In this document: in pieces, positions 48,748 through 59,332 of the stretch
Layout: each line of letters starts with the position of its first letter
Numbering within the stretch: position 1 is the stretch's first letter
Source of the DNA: Nitrospira sp.
GTDB taxonomy: Bacteria > Nitrospirota > Nitrospiria > Nitrospirales > Nitrospiraceae
Direction: 5' to 3'
DNA length: 64,000 nt
NCBI GenBank assembly: GCA_047150005.1
Contig: AP038806.1
Location: forward strand, 3,264,001-3,328,000
Notes under the pieces: model-generated
Databases searched by the model: none
What the model was told of the DNA's origin: nothing
What the model saw: the letters and a program-made list of their open reading frames with translations, nothing else
Position numbers and translations under genes: made by a program

Positions 48748-49467
48748 ATGTTGCGGCTGAAGGGCAAGGTCGCGATCGTCACGGGCAGCAGCAGCGGGAT
48801 CGGCAAGGCGATCGCGCTGCGGTTCGGCCGCGAGGGGGCCAAGGTGGTGGTGGCGGCAAGGAGAGTGGCACGTTGCGAGGAGACCGTGGCGTCGATCGCC
48901 CGATCGGGCGGAGAGGCCTGCGCGATTCAAACCGACGTGTCCAACGAGTCCCAAGTCGAGGCGCTCTTGGCCGAGACGGTCAAGCGGTGGGGCCGCGTCG
49001 ATCTGCTGGTCAACAATGCGGGGATCGGCGGCGGCGGTCGGCTGGCCGATACCACGACGAAAGCCTTCGACGAGGTCATGAACGTCAATCTTAGGGGGAC
49101 CTTCTTGTGTTGCCGCGCCGGTTTTAATTGGATGAAGCAGCAACATGGAGGGATCATCATCAATATCTCCAGCGTGGCGGGACTGCAAGCCTGGTCCGGC
49201 ACCGGCACATATAGCGCGTCGAAACACGGCATCATGGCCTTGACGAAAGCGCTGGCCGACGAGGGCCGTCCCCACGGCATTAAAGTCAGCGCAATCTGTC
49301 CGGGCGGAGTCGCGGACGAATTGGTCGATGCGTCGCCTGAGGAGATTCTCCGTAGCGAGAAGATCAATCCGTTCGATGTGGCGGAAACCGCCCTCTACCT
49401 GGCATCGCTCGGGCCGCACGCGACCGTCCATCAGATCGTCATCGATCGACTCGGAGCAGACTGGTAG
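48748..49467 (+). CDS. SDR family oxidoreductase
   Basis: TGSSSGIG, NNAG, YSASK. Confidence 0.92.
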   Translation: MLRLKGKVAIVTGSSSGIGKAIALRFGREGAKVVVAARRVARCEETVASIARSGGEACAIQTDVSNESQVEALLAETVKRWGRVDLLVNNAGIGGGGRLADTTTKAFDEVMNVNLRGTFLCCRAGFNWMKQQHGGIIINISSVAGLQAWSGTGTYSASKHGIMALTKALADEGRPHGIKVSAICPGGVADELVDASPEEILRSEKINPFDVAETALYLASLGPHATVHQIVIDRLGADW

Positions 49468-49487
49468 AGGAGAGGGAGACGAGCCCA

Positions 49488-49760
49488 ATGCGAGGTACGA
49501 TACGATCCGGCGCCTTCGTCGGAGTCCCTCTCGTGCTGATCCTGTCTGGACTATCCTCCGGCTGCGGATTGATGATGATCGGGCCGCCGGCGGAGAAGAT
49601 CGATGTCGAGTCCGGAACCAACGAACAGAAAAACCTTGAAGCGATACGGGCGATGCAGGCCGATCCGCCCGGCCGATCGGCTCCGGCCATCTCTTCCCCG
49701 CACGAATCGAGACCCTGTACGACGGACAGTGTTGGCGGACAGCGGTGCGGGGAGCGGTAG
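49488..49760 (+). CDS. Small putative lipoprotein
   Basis: Hydrophobic leader ending SSGC; purine-rich RBS. Confidence 0.5.
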   Translation: MRGTIRSGAFVGVPLVLILSGLSSGCGLMMIGPPAEKIDVESGTNEQKNLEAIRAMQADPPGRSAPAISSPHESRPCTTDSVGGQRCGER

Positions 49761-49783
49761 ACAGGTGTGAGCAGGCTGCAAGG

Positions 49784-50275
49784 GTGGCAGGTCGCGCGAA
49801 AACCTCGAAGACCAGCGCCGGCATTCTCTTGTACCGGAGGCGCACCTCCGGGGTTGAGGTCTTTCTCGCGCATCCGGGAGGCCCGTTTTGGGCTCGCAAG
49901 GACGACGGAGCCTGGTCGCTTCCTAAGGGAGAGTACGATTCCGAGGAGGATCCGCTCATGGCGGCGCGGCGGGAATTCACCGAGGAAACCGGCCTGACGC
50001 TGCAAGGTCCGTTTAGGACCCTGGGCCCGCTCAAGCAGCCGGGAGGCAAGACGATTATGGCCTACGCGGTGGAAGGAGACGCCGATGCTGCATCGATCGT
50101 GAGCAATACGTTCACGCTCGAATGGCCTCCGCGGTCCGGCAAGCTTCGTCGATTCCCTGAGATTGATCGTGCCGGATGGTTTGAACTGGAAGCCGCGCGC
50201 GAAAAATTGTTGCCCGGGCAGCGCCCGTTCCTTGATCGTCTGAAAGAGTCGGTTACGGAGTGGGCAAGAGGATGA
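49784..50275 (+). CDS. NUDIX hydrolase
   Basis: AHPGGPFW, PKGE...ARREFTEETG Nudix box. Confidence 0.88.
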   Translation: MAGRAKTSKTSAGILLYRRRTSGVEVFLAHPGGPFWARKDDGAWSLPKGEYDSEEDPLMAARREFTEETGLTLQGPFRTLGPLKQPGGKTIMAYAVEGDADAASIVSNTFTLEWPPRSGKLRRFPEIDRAGWFELEAAREKLLPGQRPFLDRLKESVTEWARG

Positions 50276-50503
50276 ACGCAATGTCAGCTCGGTGACAAGG
50301 ACGAATCACAGGAGGGATCATATTTGGTGCGGAGCGAGTGGGTGGTGTCGTGAAGCTCCTTGGCGTAATTATAGCCTCAACGGCGGAAGTGCTTGCAGTC
50401 GAGTGATCCACTGACATCGCCCAAGCCGACTTGAGGCCGGCGCGAAGACTGCTATCCGCCACGGATCTTCCATGATAGGACGGTTACCAGTCCGGAAACT
50501 GCT

Positions 50504-51355
50504 CTAGGTGCGGCCGAGGCCGTGGACGGTCTTGGCGAGGTCGTCGAGCTTGGTGACTACGTGGCGCCGCTGCTCCGCGGTCGCCAGCCGATCGATCGCC
50601 AGGAGCAGGTCCCCGATGCGTACTTTGAACTGGCGCAACAGCTCTCGGAACTCCGGATCGGCCGTCTTGTCTTGATTCACCAACCATTCGTTCACGCGTC
50701 CGGGAGTGTCTTCGTTTCGCCTCGATTCGACCAGGGTGATGAGTTGCCGATTGCGTTCCATCTGATGCGCGTACCAGGACGGCAGAATGTCCGGTAAGTT
50801 CATCGCGGCCCTGGCAATGTCCCGTTCTTGCGAGGGGGAGAGATCTCCCAGCCACTCGCGCGCCAATGACAGGATCCGTTCGGTGCGCTTCGTCAGCCTC
50901 GTGGGGCGATCGTCATGCAAGAGTGCTTCTTCTTTCGAGAGGCGCGCCTGCAGGGATTGCTTGAGATGCGGAATCTGAGGATCGTTCACCAGGCGGATGA
51001 ATTCAGCTCCGTCCGCTGAGAATCGGCCAAAGAGGTCGGCCCTCAACCGATCATACTCCGCGGCCGCCCATTCGACGTCGACATCGGTCAAGCCACGCTG
51101 CACCCTGGCGGCCATTTCATGCAACACCGTTTCATACTCGGGGAGGGCCTCCCGGCGATGACGGTTCAGGATCCCGTTCAAGCGGGAAGAAACGAATGAA
51201 CGTTGCGAGCGGTTGAGATCGAAGTAGCCGTCGATCTGATGCGTGATCAGCCAATCCGCATGGTTGTAAAGGAGCGACGTGGCGCAGCCGGTGAGGATCG
51301 CCGGTACGAGCAAGCTTGCTGCGAGGAGGAAAGAGAAGAGTCGCGATCTGTTCAT
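50504..51355 (-). CDS. Helical lipoprotein (DUF6279-like)
   Basis: Lipobox LTGC, YNHADW, WLGDLS. Confidence 0.7.
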   Translation of the reverse strand: MNRSRLFSFLLAASLLVPAILTGCATSLLYNHADWLITHQIDGYFDLNRSQRSFVSSRLNGILNRHRREALPEYETVLHEMAARVQRGLTDVDVEWAAAEYDRLRADLFGRFSADGAEFIRLVNDPQIPHLKQSLQARLSKEEALLHDDRPTRLTKRTERILSLAREWLGDLSPSQERDIARAAMNLPDILPSWYAHQMERNRQLITLVESRRNEDTPGRVNEWLVNQDKTADPEFRELLRQFKVRIGDLLLAIDRLATAEQRRHVVTKLDDLAKTVHGLGRT

Positions 51356-51527
51356 GTGGTGTTCGGTCGGGTCACGGCTCGTTCGATCGAGACGGTGAAT
51401 AGCCCATCTAGCCTAACACACGCGGCCGATCACCGCCATGTGGGATTGGGAATGCAAGCTGCAGCGCCCGTCCCATGCGCGTGCCGGCTTTGAAGGCTCA
51501 GATTATGGCATGTCGTGGCATGAGGCG

Positions 51528-51556
51528 TTGACAGATCCGGATCAACTGGGTAGCTT
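51528..51556 (+). promoter_or_regulatory. Putative sigma70 promoter of doxX-like gene
   Basis: TTGACA-N17-TAGCTT. Confidence 0.55.
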
Positions 51557-51619
51557 GAGACATCCTCCGTGTCATGATCAATGGCTCCATCTCTACCGAA
51601 CTCTACCGAGGAGGTGAGT

Positions 51620-52009
51620 ATGCCCCCGATCCCGCAGGCCTATGCCCAACAGACCTATGCCCTCATGCGCATCGTAGCCGGATTCCTGTTTTTGTGGCAC
51701 GGCACGCAGAAGCTGTTCAGTATCCCGATGCCGCCGCCTCCGCAGGTTCCCTCCATCGTGATCGCCATCGCCGGCCCGATCGAGCTGATCGGAGGCACGA
51801 TGGTCATGATCGGACTGTTCACCCGCTGGGCCGCCTTTCTCTGCAGCGGGCTCATGGCATTCGCCTATTGGATGGCTCACGGCCTCCAGGCACCATTGCC
51901 GATTCAAAATATGGGCGAGCTGGCCGCCCTGTACTGCTTCGTGTTTCTCTACATCTCTGCTCAAGGGTCCGGGATCTGGAGCGTGGACGCCGCCAGGTCG
52001 CCTTCCTGA
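51620..52009 (+). CDS. DoxX family membrane protein
   Basis: RBS GGAGGT; HGTQKL, ELIGG, GLFTR, GSGIWSVD. Confidence 0.88.
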   Translation: MPPIPQAYAQQTYALMRIVAGFLFLWHGTQKLFSIPMPPPPQVPSIVIAIAGPIELIGGTMVMIGLFTRWAAFLCSGLMAFAYWMAHGLQAPLPIQNMGELAALYCFVFLYISAQGSGIWSVDAARSPS

Positions 52010-52159
52010 TCGAGATCGGTCCTTCGTCGTGAGACCGCATGTGCGCCGGTGATTCGGAGCGACCCAAGGCTCACCCGGCGCGGATCGAGCCGCGTGATGC
52101 TTCGCTCGTTTTGCCGTGAGCTTGATAGAATGAGAGGAAGTGAAGGAGCATCGTAGAGG

Positions 52160-53803
52160 ATGACGACTGCAGAACTGCTGGTTCGCTGTCTGGAGAATGA
52201 AGGGGTGCGATTCGTTTTTGCGCTGCCGGGGGAGGAAACGCTGGGATTGACCGATGCGCTTCTCGACTCCGGCATTCACGTCGTGCACACCAGGCACGAG
52301 CAAGGCGCCGCCTTCATGGCTGACGTGTATGGCCGCCTGTCCGGGAAGGCGGGCGTCTGCCTCTCGACGCTGGGACCCGGCGCGACCAATCTCACGACCG
52401 GAATTGTGGACGCGTATCTGGACCGGGCGCCGCTTGTCGCCATCACCGGTCAGGTCTCGCTCAATCGTCGCCACAAGGAATCCCACCAGTATATCGACGT
52501 CATTTCCATGCTGAAACCGGTCACCAAGTGGAATACGTCGATTCCGAAGAGTGAGGTCGTCCCGGAGGCGATTCGCAAGGCGTTTAAAGTGGCGCAGATG
52601 GAAAAACCCGGGTCAACGCATCTGGAATTGCCCGAGGACATAGCGGATCAAGCAATCGGAGGCGCAGACCGAATATCGGAGCCGCTGTTCGTGCAGGCGC
52701 CGGCTGCGCCGGAGCCGTCGCCCGTACAGATCACCCGTGCCGTCGAGTCGATCCGCCGGGCACAGCGGCCGCTGATCCTTGCGGGCAACGGAGTCGTCCG
52801 GGGTCGCGCGCATGAGGAAGTTCGGCAGTTTGCCCGTCAACTGGATATTCCCGTCCTGCATACGTTCATGGCCAAGGGCGTCATGCCGGACAGCGATCGA
52901 CTGTCGCTGTATACGCTCGGACTGCAAGCCAGAGATTATTCGGCTTCGGTGATGGAACGAGCCGATGTCGTCATCGCGCTCGGTTACGATTTCGTCGAGT
53001 ATGCGCCCTGCTTTTGGAATCCGGATCGCAACAAACACATCGTGCATATCGACCCCTCGCCGGCCGAAGTGGACGAGCATTACATCGTGGATGTGGGACT
53101 GTTGGGCGACATTCGATTGGCCTTGGGGCAGATTGCGCCGCGCCTCGCGCCGTTCGGCTCCGACTGGGCGAACGAGGCACGCGCCACGGTCGTCGAAGGA
53201 TTTGCCTCGGAACTCCAGGGCGGTTCGTCCGGTCCGATACGGCCTCAGTGGCTCATGAGAGAGTTGCGCGCCGCGCTGGGATCGGACGACATCATCATCT
53301 GCGATGTCGGTGCGCATAAGCTCTGGATGGCAAGGATGTTCCCTTGTGAGCTTCCCAATTCCTGCATCATCTCGAACGGTTTTGCCGCGATGGGCATTGC
53401 GGTGCCCGGCGCCGTCTCGGCGAAGCTGCTGCATCCTGAGCGGCGAGTGGTCGCCGTGACGGGGGACGGCGGATTTCTGATGAATTCTCAAGAACTGGAA
53501 ACCGCCGTGCGGCTTCGCCTGCCGTTGGTCGTATTGGTCTGGCGAGACAACGGATACGGGGTGATCCGTTGGAAGCAGATGGTGCGGTTCGGCCGCAGCG
53601 CATCGGTGGACTTCGGCAACCCCGATCTGGTTCGCTATGCCGAGAGTTTCGGAGCCAAAGGGTACCGCATCACAGACTTGTCGGAACTCGGTCCCGTGTT
53701 GACCGAGGCGTTGCAAAGCGCCCTGCCTGTTGTTATCGACTGCACCGTGGATTACGAAGAGAATCTCCGCTTGACCGATCGCCTGAAGGTTCTTCACCGG
53801 TAA
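52160..53803 (+). CDS. Acetolactate synthase large subunit-like TPP enzyme
   Basis: RHEQGAAFMA, GPGATN, GDGGF...N TPP motif. Confidence 0.9.
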   Translation: MTTAELLVRCLENEGVRFVFALPGEETLGLTDALLDSGIHVVHTRHEQGAAFMADVYGRLSGKAGVCLSTLGPGATNLTTGIVDAYLDRAPLVAITGQVSLNRRHKESHQYIDVISMLKPVTKWNTSIPKSEVVPEAIRKAFKVAQMEKPGSTHLELPEDIADQAIGGADRISEPLFVQAPAAPEPSPVQITRAVESIRRAQRPLILAGNGVVRGRAHEEVRQFARQLDIPVLHTFMAKGVMPDSDRLSLYTLGLQARDYSASVMERADVVIALGYDFVEYAPCFWNPDRNKHIVHIDPSPAEVDEHYIVDVGLLGDIRLALGQIAPRLAPFGSDWANEARATVVEGFASELQGGSSGPIRPQWLMRELRAALGSDDIIICDVGAHKLWMARMFPCELPNSCIISNGFAAMGIAVPGAVSAKLLHPERRVVAVTGDGGFLMNSQELETAVRLRLPLVVLVWRDNGYGVIRWKQMVRFGRSASVDFGNPDLVRYAESFGAKGYRITDLSELGPVLTEALQSALPVVIDCTVDYEENLRLTDRLKVLHR

Positions 53804-53946
53804 TCGCGGACGGGCTTCATCAGGATCGGCGTCACAATCATTCCGACAGCGCAACTCGGTGAGAGAACGTGCCGCGTCGATTGATGTCGGGATCGGCAAT
53901 AAGCGGCCGCTCGGGTACTTGATGCGGCACGGCGGGCGCTATCGCA

Positions 53947-54654
53947 TTACCTGGTCACGATGAATGTCACCGGCACGCCCGCATTGCCGGAGCCGGATGT
54001 GGCCGTGACGGTGACGGTCGATGTACCGGCCGGGGTGCCTGTCGCCGGAGGTGCTCCACCGGAAGTATTCGCCGGTGGAGCAGACGAATCACCGCCGTTG
54101 CAGCTCAACAGGCCGGCCAGCGTGACCGTGACGAAGCAGGCTGCGGCAAGGCTCAGCATGCCATCGATCCCGCGACGTCGCGCAAGGAGGCCGACCGGGA
54201 TCAGACCAACAGGTGCCAAGAGCCAGCCGAACATCGTGCTGGAGATTCCGGAAGGCCGGAGGGCCACGGGTCCTCCGGCCGTGGTGATGGTCAACGTCGT
54301 TTTGATCGGACCGCCGGCCGGGGTCATCGTCGCAGGATTAAACGAGCAACTTGCGCCGACCGGCAACCCGCCGCAACCGAAAGTGACCGGCTGAGTGAAT
54401 CCTGTATCGGGTGTGACTGTAATGGTCGTTGAGCCGCTCTGACCGGCGGCCACAGAAAGTTGATTGGGAGCGGCGCCGAGCGTGAAGCGGGCTACGCCAT
54501 TCGTCGTGCATGGCCCGCCGATGTCGTCGTCGCAAACTTGTGCAATGAACGCGACGGTCTCGTTTGGCCCTGTTTGTGGCGTGGTCGCCGCGCCTTGAAT
54601 CCATTGTCCGTCCGGTGAGACGCCGGTGACGGAGACGAGACTGACGCCGGTCAT
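53947..54654 (-). pseudogene. C-terminal fragment of a surface protein (Ig-like domain, TM, SCNGG...TPAGT tail)
   Basis: Begins mid-repeat (GVSPDGQWIQG) with no signal peptide; in-frame stop shortly upstream. Confidence 0.5.
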
Positions 54655-54889
54655 ATCGTTGGTGTCTGTTGATCCGTGTCACATCCTTCGCTAGAATCAC
54701 GCCCCCATCCGCCCGCGATGCTTCTCCCTGTGCTGGAGGTTCCCATGCCCGTCTCCTTCGCGTTCCTCGAAGTGCGGTTTGCCGTCCCTCCCGCAAGCCA
54801 AGTCCTGGGGCAACTGGGGCGACCGGCGTCGTGGGCGCAGTGTCAACGAATGGGGGTGCATAATTTTCAGTTGCTCCGGACGAATTGAA

Positions 54890-56179
54890 ATGCAAACCAA
54901 ACCGCTCGTCCAAGGGCGCAGGCAAATACCCTCCGCCATCATGCTCGTCACAACCTTCTTGTATGGAGTATTCATCAGTCCCATCTTCGGAGCCGAGAGC
55001 TTTCTCGACACAGAATGCCTGCACAAAGCCCCGGCCGGCATTGCTCTTCAAGGCCATGTCGCCAAAGCCAAAGCCGGAGACGTGCAATCGATGTTCTGCG
55101 CTGGAGCCATCAGGCTCTACGTGTCAAGGGAGTACAATGAAGCGATTCCCTGGTTGGAAAAAGCGGCGAATGCCGGTCATATGAGGGCACCGCTCGTGCT
55201 GGGGATTCTCTATGAACAAGGGAGCGGCGTAAAAGAAGACGCGGCAACGGCTGCCAAGTGGTACCAGAAAGGTATCGACAACGGGAATGCAGCGGCGGCG
55301 CGTCGTCTGGCGAATCTGTATCACCTCGGAACCGGCGTTCCGCACGATGAGGCCAAGTCGAATGAGCTTCTCAAGAAGGCTGTCGAAATGGGCGATAAGG
55401 CTGCCCCGAAGTTTATCGAAAGGCGAGAGAAGGATCTGACGGATACCAGACCGGGCATGAATATCAAAGCCGAAGCCTACCGCATGTACAAACAGAAAAA
55501 CTTCGATCAAGCCGCAAAGCTGTATACCCAGTGCGCGAACATGGGCAATGACGACTGTCAGCTTGCGATCGGTCAGCTGTATGAGTTCGGGGAAGGCGTG
55601 CCCAAGAACGAGAAACAGGCAGCATTTTGGTATAAGAAATCGGCGGATCAAGGCAATGCCATCGGTCAGAAGACGCTTGGATTACTGTATGAACTCGGAA
55701 AGGGTGTTCCGGAAAATTGGGCTGAAGCGTTTCGTCTCTATTCCAAAGGGGCAGAGAAATTCCAAGACTCGACATTCGCTATAGGCCGCATGTACGAGTT
55801 CGGTATGAGCGTGCCGCAAAATCGTGCGATCGCAATAGAGTGGTTCAAGAAAGCGGATAAGCTCGGACATCCCAAGGGCGCCTATTGGGCCAAATGGCTC
55901 AACGATTACAGCAACTGCATAGGATTCCGAAACCAACAGGAACAGAACGAGATACGAGGATTGCGCTGTCCTGCCGATCCTGTCGGTGTTATTTTTCACA
56001 ACAGCGGCCAGCGAACGGCCTACATTCGACGGATGGCCAAAGAGTTCGATCGTATCGAAGCCGAGCAGGCGATGGCCCAAGCTGCACTCTCAAGCCAAAC
56101 GACAGACACCGGATGCACGATGGCCGGCGGCAGATGGACACCGGACAGGCAGGCCACCTTCCGCGGTTCCTGCAACTAG
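54890..56179 (+). CDS. Sel1-repeat protein
   Basis: Multiple LG.LYE.G.GV..D...A..WY.K repeats. Confidence 0.9.
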   Translation: MQTKPLVQGRRQIPSAIMLVTTFLYGVFISPIFGAESFLDTECLHKAPAGIALQGHVAKAKAGDVQSMFCAGAIRLYVSREYNEAIPWLEKAANAGHMRAPLVLGILYEQGSGVKEDAATAAKWYQKGIDNGNAAAARRLANLYHLGTGVPHDEAKSNELLKKAVEMGDKAAPKFIERREKDLTDTRPGMNIKAEAYRMYKQKNFDQAAKLYTQCANMGNDDCQLAIGQLYEFGEGVPKNEKQAAFWYKKSADQGNAIGQKTLGLLYELGKGVPENWAEAFRLYSKGAEKFQDSTFAIGRMYEFGMSVPQNRAIAIEWFKKADKLGHPKGAYWAKWLNDYSNCIGFRNQQEQNEIRGLRCPADPVGVIFHNSGQRTAYIRRMAKEFDRIEAEQAMAQAALSSQTTDTGCTMAGGRWTPDRQATFRGSCN

Positions 56180-56254
56180 ACGGAGAATTGAGTGCGTCTA
56201 GGAAGGGATTGGGACTTGGCCTGCTCCCTGGTGCGGGTACGGTCTCCTGCGTTC

Positions 56255-57616
56255 TTACGGCACAGACTCGTACTTCTTCAGCTTGCTGAGGAGCGTCTTG
56301 TAGTCGATCCCGAGGATTTTGGCCGCTTGCGTTTTATTTCCGTCGCAGGCGTCGAGCACCAGCTTGATGTGCCGCTGTTCGATTTCTTCCAGAGAGGTGC
56401 GGGACAGATCGACCTGATGGACCGCGTCGAGTGACTGCGGAAGAACCTGTCGGACCTCGTCGTCCGTGATGGCGCCCTGGTCCGTGCCCAGCATCACGAG
56501 GCGTTCGATGACATTGCGCAGTTCTCGAATGTTGCCCGGCCACTGGTAGGAGATCAAGCATTTGAGCGCTTCGGAGGACAGCCGGCGATTCGAAGATCCG
56601 GGGGCTCGGACGTGGCGGAGTAGATGTTCCGCCAGGAGCGAAATGTCTTCCCGCCGCTCGCGAAGCGGGGGAACGTGCAGGGTGACGGTATTGATTCGAT
56701 AGAGAAGGTCTTCTCGGAAGCGTCCTTGCCCAACCAGCGCCCGCACGTCCTGGTTTGTCGCCCCGACGAGGCGCACGTCGGCGTGCAGGGTTCTCGTGCT
56801 TCCAACCGGGCGGTATTCGCCTTGATCAAGAAACCGCAGGAGACTCACTTGCATCGGTCCCTGCATCTCGCCGATTTCGTCAAGAAAGAGCGTGCCGCCT
56901 TCCGCGGCTTCGACGAGACCGAGCTTGGCTGAGGTCGCGCCGGTGAAGGCTCCTCGTTCGTGGCCGAACAGCTCGCTTTCCAGCAACTCCCGGCTCACGG
57001 CGCCGCAATTGATGGACAAGAACGGTCCGCTCGACCTGGCGCTGAGATCGTGCAGAAGCCGGGCGACCACTTCCTTGCCCGATCCGGTTTCGCCTTGTAC
57101 GAGCACCGGCGCGTTCGAAGGGGCGACCTTTCCAATTTGGGTTCTGAGCTGTCGCCAGGCTTGGCTCGTTCCGTCGACGATCACGTTGCGAGTAAATCCG
57201 CCGTGGCGGGCCGCGACGTTCTCTTTCCGCAATGCGCGCATGGTGCGAAGTTTGGCCAAGGCCGACTTGACGACGGTTGGGTCGAACGGTGTGTCCTTGA
57301 GCAGAAAGTCCCACGCGCCCTGCTTCATGGCCTCGACGGCGTCTTTGACGTCGCCGTGTCCGGTCAACATCACCACATCGACGTCCGGTTGGTGCTCCTT
57401 GACCCATTTCAAAACGGCCCTGCCGTCGGTTCCGGGCATGCGAAGATCGGTGATCACAAAGTCAAACGTGGTCGATTGGAGCAGCTCGATGCCGCTCTTG
57501 CCATTCTTGGCCGCGGTTACTGCACACCCTTCCTCACGGAGCGCCTGCTCCAGCACCAGGCGGACGTATTCCTCGTCGTCAACAATGAGCGCGTGCATGA
57601 TGTTGTGTCCATCCAT
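56255..57616 (-). CDS. Sigma54-dependent response regulator (NtrC family)
   Basis: REC (VDDE, DLRMP), GETGSGKE, GAFTGA, WPGNIREL, C-terminal HTH. Confidence 0.95.
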   Translation of the reverse strand: MDGHNIMHALIVDDEEYVRLVLEQALREEGCAVTAAKNGKSGIELLQSTTFDFVITDLRMPGTDGRAVLKWVKEHQPDVDVVMLTGHGDVKDAVEAMKQGAWDFLLKDTPFDPTVVKSALAKLRTMRALRKENVAARHGGFTRNVIVDGTSQAWRQLRTQIGKVAPSNAPVLVQGETGSGKEVVARLLHDLSARSSGPFLSINCGAVSRELLESELFGHERGAFTGATSAKLGLVEAAEGGTLFLDEIGEMQGPMQVSLLRFLDQGEYRPVGSTRTLHADVRLVGATNQDVRALVGQGRFREDLLYRINTVTLHVPPLRERREDISLLAEHLLRHVRAPGSSNRRLSSEALKCLISYQWPGNIRELRNVIERLVMLGTDQGAITDDEVRQVLPQSLDAVHQVDLSRTSLEEIEQRHIKLVLDACDGNKTQAAKILGIDYKTLLSKLKKYESVP

Positions 57617-57709
57617 CGGATGAAGTCTCTCCGCCGAGCACGGCCAGCGGCCTGCTCCAACCACGGTCAGGATTGGAAAACACGCGTCCGTGTGTCATAG
57701 GCCGTAGAC

Positions 57710-59278
57710 CTATGCCGATGACGTGTCCCTCGCAGATGACTGCGCGGGGAACGCCAAACTAAACGTGCTGCCCCTGCCGGGCGTCGATTCGACCCAGACT
57801 CGACCGTGATGTTTGTCCATGACCAGCTTCACGATCGCCAGTCCGACCCCGGTTCCTTCGTAGTCCTGAGGGCCGTGGAGCCTCTCGAACAATCCGAAGA
57901 TTTTCTTGGTCTGATCCGCTTCGATGCCGATACCGTTATCAGTGATTCGGATGACCCGTTGAGCGGATTCCTCGGCCCCATCGATGCGGATCTCCGGATC
58001 GGTTCTGCCGCGGGAAAATTTGACGGCATTGTCGAACAGATTGGCGAGAGCCTGGCGGACGCTGACCGGCTCGCCGTAGAGCTCGCTGAATGGCAGATCG
58101 ATGCGAACCACCCGATCGGAGATCTGTCCGGAGGCCAGCCGGTCGTTGACCAGGTTGTACATCATGTCTCTCACGTTGAACCGTTGTTTGGGAAGTTCCT
58201 GTTGCTCAAGCCTGGAATACTTCAGCAACGCGTCGATCATGTGCGTCAGTCGAATGGCGGAGGACCTGATGACGCCGATATGGTGATTGGCTTGCGCGTC
58301 GCCGGAATCGGCGAACTGCTTCTCCAACAGGGACGAGAATCCTTCGATCTCACGCAAGGGACCTTTGAGGTCATGCGCGATGGAATAGGTAAAGGCTTCG
58401 AGCTCCCTGGTCTTGCGCATGAGGGCGGTGCTTTGTTCCCGCAAGCTGGTCAGCATGGTGGTCAGCGAGCCGGCAAGCGTGCCGACCTCGTCGAGGCTTG
58501 GCCAAGGCAGGAATCGGGCGGTGAGGTCATGGTGGGCGACTTGATCGGCGGTAGCAGCCAGCGCCGTGAGCGGCCGGGCGATGTGTCTCGTGGCCAGCGC
58601 GTAGGTGGCGGCAATCACCAGGCCCAACAGGAACGCCAAGGTCAAGGCGATGAGCCGCGCGCGAGCGAGCAGACGGTCCCCTTCGTGCTTCATCTCAATG
58701 TCGATCTGTGCATGCGCTTCGACGAGTTGATTGAGGCCGTCGAGAACCTGCGTCATGAGCCGATCGGTCACCGCCATGTCCAGCCTGGAAGGCGCGGGTT
58801 GCGTCGGCAGGCGTTTCCATGCGGCGGTCAGCTCGGCCAGCGAAGCGGCAACATCCTCGATCGCCCGATCTTCCTTGTCCGCGAGGTCGGTCCGCTGATG
58901 CTCTTCCAGCATCCCGTACAGGATCGGATGGGTGCGCGCCGCATGCGTACGCCTATAGAGGTCCAGCGCGTTCCGGATATCCGCTGTGTGGCGATCGATT
59001 TCTGCAAGCGTGTCGGCCAGAGAGTCGGACGAGTTGCGTGTGCCATGAAGGTGTAGGGCCAGCTTCAAGTCGTAGGCATCGCGTTGCATGTCGGCGGCCG
59101 TGACGATGGCGGGTACCGTGATCCGCTTGTGTCGGTCGACATAACTGTTGATGCGAGAGAGATAGAACAAGAGCGCCGTCAGGCTCAGCGCCAGGAGAGA
59201 CAGGATCAGCCCGAAAGAGACGAGCAACTTTTGGCCGATCGAGAGATGGCGAAACCACCCCGTCGGAGAGCGGTTCAT
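57710..59278 (-). CDS. HAMP sensor histidine kinase
   Basis: Two TM, H box SIAHDLKGPL, NAVKF, DNGIG, GTGVGL. Confidence 0.93.
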   Translation of the reverse strand: MNRSPTGWFRHLSIGQKLLVSFGLILSLLALSLTALLFYLSRINSYVDRHKRITVPAIVTAADMQRDAYDLKLALHLHGTRNSSDSLADTLAEIDRHTADIRNALDLYRRTHAARTHPILYGMLEEHQRTDLADKEDRAIEDVAASLAELTAAWKRLPTQPAPSRLDMAVTDRLMTQVLDGLNQLVEAHAQIDIEMKHEGDRLLARARLIALTLAFLLGLVIAATYALATRHIARPLTALAATADQVAHHDLTARFLPWPSLDEVGTLAGSLTTMLTSLREQSTALMRKTRELEAFTYSIAHDLKGPLREIEGFSSLLEKQFADSGDAQANHHIGVIRSSAIRLTHMIDALLKYSRLEQQELPKQRFNVRDMMYNLVNDRLASGQISDRVVRIDLPFSELYGEPVSVRQALANLFDNAVKFSRGRTDPEIRIDGAEESAQRVIRITDNGIGIEADQTKKIFGLFERLHGPQDYEGTGVGLAIVKLVMDKHHGRVWVESTPGRGSTFSLAFPAQSSARDTSSA

Positions 59279-59332
59279 GGCGCTACCGTATCACAGGGAG
59301 AATCTCTCCGCCAGTTGAACCGGCCCCAACCC

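Noticed and set aside
48496..50049. 517-aa minus-strand ORF and similar long antisense ORFs (11476-12798, 52613-53899, 57806-59056)
   Set aside because: These are GC-rich shadow frames opposite well-supported genes.
50276..50503. tRNA or known ncRNA in the gap between convergent genes
   Set aside because: No cloverleaf, T-loop or recognisable family motif was found by eye.
51591..51610. Direct repeat CTCTACCGA x2 before doxX
   Set aside because: Only two short copies overlapping the RBS; too weak to call an operator.
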